Source of the DNA: Candidatus Yanofskybacteria bacterium RIFCSPHIGHO2_01_FULL_43_32
GTDB lineage: Bacteria > Patescibacteriota > Minisyncoccia > 2-02-FULL-40-12 > GWA2-44-9
Length of the DNA stretch: 64,000 nt
Assembly (NCBI GenBank): GCA_001794125.1
Contig: MGJF01000002.1
Coordinates: 236,514 to 300,513 of the forward strand
Direction of reading: 5' to 3'
Notes under the pieces: generated by a model
What the model saw: the letters and a program-made list of their open reading frames with translations, nothing else
Told to the model about the DNA's origin: nothing
The model's database searches: none
Position numbers and translations under genes: made by a program
Part shown: positions 59,063-64,000 of the stretch, piece after piece
How positions within the stretch are numbered: the stretch's first letter is position 1
Layout: the number at the start of each line of letters is the position of its first letter

Positions 59063-59650
59063 TTATAATCCGAGTTTATTGATTATTTTTTCGTGCGGCC
59101 CTTCAAGCAATACGCGGACGAAACGGTCGAACATTCCATGGCGATAATCGAATTCTTCTTTGTCCATGATGCTTAATTTTACTTCCTTCCCCACCTCCGC
59201 TTCAAGCGCTTTTAAAAATATCCGCAATTTATCTTTGTTTATTTCATCCCCGACAATGAAAAGATCGGCTGCGGAATTATCGCTGACAGCGCCGTTATTG
59301 TTCAAAAAAACTCCCGACACCAAAGCCAATTTTATCCGGCCAAGTTTAAGAATTTTAGCGACCATCTTATTCTTTTCCGCGGGAGAGGCCTTCAAGATAA
59401 GGGCTTTTAATTCCTCAAAAAATTCAAAATTCGGATTCAGGGAATATTTGATTTTGGCTGTTCTTGTTTTTTTAATCAGACGGAGTTTCGCGAGGGCTTC
59501 GATTTCCAGTTTTGCCGCCGGATATGTTTCTTGTATCCTTGTGGCTAATTCTCCGGCGGAAAAATCTCCGGGATAATTTCGGAATAATAATTTCAGGATT
59601 TTAATCCTGACTCTTGAGCCGAACAGGTTATCAAGTATATCCTTTGACAT
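59063..59650 (-). CDS. Winged-helix plus nucleotidyltransferase-like conserved protein
   Basis: LFGSRVRIKIL HTH region; SG.F....DLFIVG. Confidence 0.75.
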   Translation of the reverse strand: MSKDILDNLFGSRVRIKILKLLFRNYPGDFSAGELATRIQETYPAAKLEIEALAKLRLIKKTRTAKIKYSLNPNFEFFEELKALILKASPAEKNKMVAKILKLGRIKLALVSGVFLNNNGAVSDNSAADLFIVGDEINKDKLRIFLKALEAEVGKEVKLSIMDKEEFDYRHGMFDRFVRVLLEGPHEKIINKLGL

Positions 59651-59731
59651 TTATATTAAAAGTGAATTAGAATGGGGTTAATATCATCAGTAGTTTACAC
59701 CAAAAGATTAAAAAGTAAAATCTGTTCAAGC

Positions 59732-61510
59732 ATGGAAAAAATTTTCCTAAAACCGACTCCGAAGGAGATACTCATCAGAGGATCTCAAAAAGAAGGACAT
59801 CTCGATATTTTTTCATACGATTACAATTCCGACGAAGCAAAAAGGAAACTCGGCAATTTATATATAATCGGCAATGTTCAGCATAATGACGGCGACTTCA
59901 CGGATCGAAACTACGAAGAAAAGACCGGGGAATCCGATTCGACTTATGCAACCAATCTCGTTGCCTCTTTGGCTAAACGCGAGTATTACTCAAATCCGGA
60001 CCTTTCTCCTAAAGAAGCGTTTTCCGCTGCGCTCAAGAAAATCAATGACGTTGTTGATGAGTTCTTCGTTAACAAGGATGTCAAAATTAATATCGGCATT
60101 TTTGCTCTTGCCGGCGAGAATATAAACATATCCAGGATAGGCAAATTCAAAATACTTCTTGCCCGCGACAACAAAACCATAGACATTCTCAACAACATAG
60201 ACATCTTCAGCAAAGAAAAAGTTCAGGAGAAAGAGTTCTCCCATGTTGTTTCCGGCAGGATCGCTCATGGAGACAAGATATTGGCCTTCTACCCCGGCCG
60301 GTCGGTCACTGCGCGAGAAAAAGCCATTAAGGAAAGTTTTCTCAGGCTCGATACCGAACAATTCCTTGAAAAAATAGACGCCCTCAAAGAAGAGAAGGCC
60401 GGTTTGGCTTATGCCGCTTTATATATTAACCTGAACAGGGTTAAAGAGCCGGCAATAGTTCCCAAGGCGGCAAAAATTCTTCCTCCTCGCGCCGCGGTAT
60501 CCGAAGTTGCCGAAAAAGAACCGGTTAAACAAGGCGATAAACGACCGGAATATGTAATTCCCGAACCGGAACTTCCAAGAATAATAAGATCCGAATTCTC
60601 ATTGGGCAAAAAGGATAATTCTTTTGCCGTCGTCCTTGGAAAAATAAAAATGCTTTTGCCAAAAAGACAAAATAAGGCGGTGATTTTCGTATCGTTGGGG
60701 GTCATGGTCCTTGTCGGCGCGTGGGCCGTCAAAGTGTTCTTTTTCGTCAGCCCAAACCAAAGACAGACGGCCAATGCGGTCAGTGAAGCCCAAAACAACA
60801 TGAAACTGGCAAAAACCAAGATCAGTCAGAATGATTCCTTGGGGGCAAGAAAACTTTTGTTTGGTTCTATTGTCAGCATCAGTTCGGTTGCCCCTTCCGA
60901 TAAAATAAATGACGCCAAAAATGAGATAATCAAACTTTTAGACGATATGGATAAGCCCGTCGTTGAATCCTCTCCCACTCTTACCGAAATATTGCCGAAA
61001 AGCGTCAGCGATAAGGCCTCTCTGCTTGCCGCTGAAAAAACAAAAACAGGCGCGATAAGCTTGGATATTTATGAAGACAATCTTTACTTCATAGCCGTTG
61101 ACGGGATTTCTAAGATTGCCGACGTTTCCAATAAACCTAAAGATGCCGTCGGGTGGCTCAAAGGCGGGGTATTGCCTCCGGAACCGTTACTGCTCGCCGT
61201 CGACGGAAAGGTCTATGTTTTAAATAAATCCGGCCTTCTGACCGTGTATTACAAAGGTGAAAAACAAAACGAAATAAACACCCTCATTCTTCCCGATGAA
61301 TCAAGCGTGCTGGCAACAACCAAAGATTCACAATATCTTTATTTGATAAATAAAAACATGGGCAGAATATATTTGATAAGCAAAGCGGGCGGAACATTAT
61401 TCAAGACTTTCAAAGTTTCCAGCCAGGAAGCATTCGCAGAAGCTTATCTCGACCAAGATGAGGCCGTATATCTCGTAAGCAAAGACAACAAAATCTGGAA
61501 GGTGCAATAA
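59732..61510 (+). CDS. Hypothetical single-TM protein with beta-propeller-like C-terminus
   Basis: Long ORF, central TM, repeated beta-strand motifs. Confidence 0.75.
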   Translation: MEKIFLKPTPKEILIRGSQKEGHLDIFSYDYNSDEAKRKLGNLYIIGNVQHNDGDFTDRNYEEKTGESDSTYATNLVASLAKREYYSNPDLSPKEAFSAALKKINDVVDEFFVNKDVKINIGIFALAGENINISRIGKFKILLARDNKTIDILNNIDIFSKEKVQEKEFSHVVSGRIAHGDKILAFYPGRSVTAREKAIKESFLRLDTEQFLEKIDALKEEKAGLAYAALYINLNRVKEPAIVPKAAKILPPRAAVSEVAEKEPVKQGDKRPEYVIPEPELPRIIRSEFSLGKKDNSFAVVLGKIKMLLPKRQNKAVIFVSLGVMVLVGAWAVKVFFFVSPNQRQTANAVSEAQNNMKLAKTKISQNDSLGARKLLFGSIVSISSVAPSDKINDAKNEIIKLLDDMDKPVVESSPTLTEILPKSVSDKASLLAAEKTKTGAISLDIYEDNLYFIAVDGISKIADVSNKPKDAVGWLKGGVLPPEPLLLAVDGKVYVLNKSGLLTVYYKGEKQNEINTLILPDESSVLATTKDSQYLYLINKNMGRIYLISKAGGTLFKTFKVSSQEAFAEAYLDQDEAVYLVSKDNKIWKVQ

Positions 61511-61518
61511 TTGAGAAC

Positions 61519-61556
61519 GATAATAAAAACCCCGCCATGGCGGGGTTTTTATTATC
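61519..61556. terminator. Bidirectional terminator (perfect 38-bp palindrome)
   Basis: gataataaaaaccccgcca|tggcggggtttttattatc. Confidence 0.75.
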
Positions 61557-62319
61557 TGCCGAAATTTATTTTTGCCTTTCCTGACAACGAGACAAATCTG
61601 CCCAAGAAACAGGAGACCGCAACAGTGTTAAACAATGTCAGGATAAGCACGATGTTTCCCAAAACAGTTCTCTGTCCCATAATACTGTTTGACGGATTAC
61701 TCCCTCCTGAAATATTAGCCGACAATGAACCGGCTGTGTTTGCCGACGCTGATTGTTTGGTCGAAGCGACGGACGGATTAGCGCTTTGCGCTGTTTGTGT
61801 TTTGACGGTAGGAGCCGCGATTGTCTGACCTGCGGGGACAATCGTGAAGTGAACTCCGTTGGCATTAACTAAAATATTGTTGCCCGTGCCGTCAGAAGCG
61901 GTTATTGCGCCATCAGTGAATGAAATGTCGTTTTCACCAACACCCGAAGATATGAAGGTTATGCTTAAAACCTTAAGCGCATCGCCCGAAATTTCTTTCG
62001 ATGTTCCTCCGATAAATACGATTGTGCCGTCTGTGTTTGAAAAATTCGGTTCCTGAAGCCAAAAATTAAAGACGGAATCATTTGTAGAAATACTTTTAAC
62101 CTGCATTATTTCCGGTGAAAATTTAATTTTTGCTTGAGATGCGTTAATTAAGGTTCCGGCGGTGTCTATTTTTATATCAACGACAAAAATCTTGCCCGGA
62201 TTGAGCTTGTTATTATCTGAAAGGATGTTAAAATCAGCGGCCATTGCCGGATTAAAAACGGTAAATATCGGCAAAAATGAGACAATTACTGACAGTAGGT
62301 ATCGATTGAAAATATTCAT
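61552..62319 (-). CDS. Cohesin-like domain surface protein
   Basis: Signal peptide, INASQA.I.F, FNFW...P.FSN..G.I.F.GG, C-terminal TM. Confidence 0.8.
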   Translation of the reverse strand: MNIFNRYLLSVIVSFLPIFTVFNPAMAADFNILSDNNKLNPGKIFVVDIKIDTAGTLINASQAKIKFSPEIMQVKSISTNDSVFNFWLQEPNFSNTDGTIVFIGGTSKEISGDALKVLSITFISSGVGENDISFTDGAITASDGTGNNILVNANGVHFTIVPAGQTIAAPTVKTQTAQSANPSVASTKQSASANTAGSLSANISGGSNPSNSIMGQRTVLGNIVLILTLFNTVAVSCFLGRFVSLSGKAKINFGR

Positions 62320-62429
62320 ATATCCAATTATAACACCAATTATAATTAATGTCAATAGTCTAATTCAATGCCAAAAAACGTAACTAAAAAGCCCCTTTTG
62401 CGGGCTTTTTAGTTACGGCAGTAAAACCG

Positions 62430-62804
62430 TTATTTGAGTTCGACTACTCCGCCGGCTTCTTCTATTTTCTTCTTCATCTCTTCGGCATCGGCTTTCTTAA
62501 TGCCTTCTTTGACGTTGGCCGGAACCTTGTCGGTCATGTCTTTGACCTCTTTTAATCCCAAGCCGGTCATCTCCCGGAGAACCTTGATAACCTGTATCTT
62601 GGCTGAACCGGCGTCTTTCAAGACAACCGTGAAACTGTCTTTCTCTTCACCGGCTTCTGCACCGCCAGCCGCAACTTGCGCTGAGCCTGCCGAAGCGAAC
62701 GCGGCCGCGGATACGCCAAACTTCTCTTCTAAGGCTTTGACCAAATCGTTCAATTCGGTCACTGACATCGACTCAATACTTTTTATAAATTCGTCTTTGT
62801 TCAT
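62430..62804 (-). CDS. rplL: 50S ribosomal protein L7/L12
   Basis: [26 protein letters not shown]. Confidence 0.98.
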   Translation of the reverse strand: MNKDEFIKSIESMSVTELNDLVKALEEKFGVSAAAFASAGSAQVAAGGAEAGEEKDSFTVVLKDAGSAKIQVIKVLREMTGLGLKEVKDMTDKVPANVKEGIKKADAEEMKKKIEEAGGVVELK

Positions 62805-62837
62805 ATTGTTTAATTAATTTATTTTTATATTTAGATT

Positions 62838-63362
62838 TTAAGCTCCGACCTGTTTCTTTTTAACTATTTCGCTTAAAACCATTGCTAATCCGGAAACCGG
62901 ATATTTCATCATTCCGAACAATCTTGCCAGCAATATTTCTCTGGACGGCATCTTGGCCATTTCTAAAAATTTTTCTTTGTCCATGAAATGGCTTTCAAAA
63001 ATAGCTCCGAAAAACTGGAGGGCCTTATTTTTCTTGGCAAATTCGTAAAGTTTCTTGGAAATCGCATAAACATCCCCGCTTCCTAAAACTAATCCGACAG
63101 AACCTTCCATGTTGTAGACATCAACGCCCTCTCCGCCAGCTGGCGGATTTGATTCTTTCAAAACCAAATCCATCAAGGTTTTTTTGGTTACAAAGTATTC
63201 GGCATCCATGGTTCTCAATGCCTTTTTTAATTCCGACATCTGGGCCACAGACAAGCCTTTCTCGCCCGCTCTTGAGAAGGTGGTAAATACCGTTATTTTG
63301 GACTTCGGAAGTTTGGTTTTTAGCTTCTTTAGTTCCGTTGATTTTTGGGTTTTGCTTTTCAT
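62838..63362 (-). CDS. rplJ: 50S ribosomal protein L10
   Basis: GLSV..M.EL, V.KKTL, AKMPSRE.LLA; directly upstream of rplL. Confidence 0.95.
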   Translation of the reverse strand: MKSKTQKSTELKKLKTKLPKSKITVFTTFSRAGEKGLSVAQMSELKKALRTMDAEYFVTKKTLMDLVLKESNPPAGGEGVDVYNMEGSVGLVLGSGDVYAISKKLYEFAKKNKALQFFGAIFESHFMDKEKFLEMAKMPSREILLARLFGMMKYPVSGLAMVLSEIVKKKQVGA

Positions 63363-63367
63363 GATTC

Positions 63368-63448
63368 AAACAAAAAAGTCTGCTTTCCGCAGACAATAAC
63401 AGCCGGTTATGGCTATTACCTCGGCGTTCATCACGCTGTCTACGGCTG
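63368..63448 (-). promoter_or_regulatory. L10 ribosomal leader with attenuator
   Basis: gCCGTAGACAG...cgCCGAGGt motif, then gtctgc-ggaaa-gcagac-tttttt before rplJ. Confidence 0.75.
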
Positions 63449-63508
63449 TGTCCTCCGAAGCTTTAGCGAAGGAGGATATTAAAATATTAACAAAATCCAA
63501 ATTTAATG

Positions 63509-64000
63509 TCAAATCCCCAGATATTTTCGGCGGTTAGTCGCGTGTTCGGCGGCTGTTTTGGAAAATATCATTTGGCTCCCGTCTCGGGTAGAAAGATAGT
63601 ATAGATAATCGCTTTGTTTTGGATTCAAAACCGCCTGAATAGCCGTAATCCCCGGATTGGCAATCGGACCCGGCGGAAGACCTGATCTTTTATAACTATT
63701 GTACGGGGAATCAATGCGGATTTCCGCCCCGACCGGTATCTGGCTCACATCGCAGTTTTTCTTAAAATCGACAGCGGTTGCTTTGCGCAAACAGGCGCCG
63801 TAAGAAACGGTAGCGTCTATCTGCAGGGTCATTTTCTTGGCAAGACGATTTCTTATAACTCCCGCCACCAGCCGCATATCTTCTTCGTTCCGGGCTTCCT
63901 TTTCAAGTATAGAGGCCCTTGTCAGCGTGTCCCGCAGAATCAAGGAACTGAAGATCAAAGAAAATTCTTTAAATTTCAAATTCAGGTGGTTCTTCATCTT
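63509..64000 (-). CDS. mltG: Endolytic transglycosylase MltG, C-terminal part
   Basis: ASILEKE, NRL...M.LQIDAT, SPYNSY...GLPPGPIANPG. Confidence 0.93.
   Translation of the reverse strand, partial: KMKNHLNLKFKEFSLIFSSLILRDTLTRASILEKEARNEEDMRLVAGVIRNRLAKKMTLQIDATVSYGACLRKATAVDFKKNCDVSQIPVGAEIRIDSPYNSYKRSGLPPGPIANPGITAIQAVLNPKQSDYLYYLSTRDGSQMIFSKTAAEHATNRRKYLGI

Overview
A 64-kb stretch of bacterial chromosome. Gene content and style suggest Patescibacteria/CPR (Parcubacteria-like); this is an inference. It is mostly housekeeping: rpsI end, murA, mreB, a glycosyltransferase/O-antigen ligase/LCP cluster, ctpA, rplI, rpmA, typA, gltX, priA, def, fmt, znuCB, efp, hrcA-grpE-dnaK...dnaJ, cysS, dnaB, recR, rplU, murF-ftsI-rsmH-mraZ, rplJ-rplL and partial mltG. 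It also holds two tRNAs, a CIRCE, an L10 leader, a type II R-M pair and many small orphan genes. The most striking signal is non-coding. (1) A dispersed set of about 120-250 bp structured elements (long bulged hairpins or branched folds, stems conserved in pairing but not in sequence). They often start right after the stop codon of a core gene with a TC(G/A)CTC..CCTC motif and occur as inverted pairs, either empty or bracketing cargo (the R-M system, an ASCH gene). (2) Several families of 16-35 bp palindromes inside core genes (rplJ, rplL, recR, murF, priA, fmt, ctpA); one family also sits beside a GIY-YIG nuclease gene at a tRNA 3' end. (3) A promoter-driven, ~440-nt, highly structured ncRNA candidate inside the split dnaK-dnaJ locus. 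(4) A duplicated rpsI 3' end that differs only by synonymous changes. All alignments and folds were done by eye and no database searches were run.
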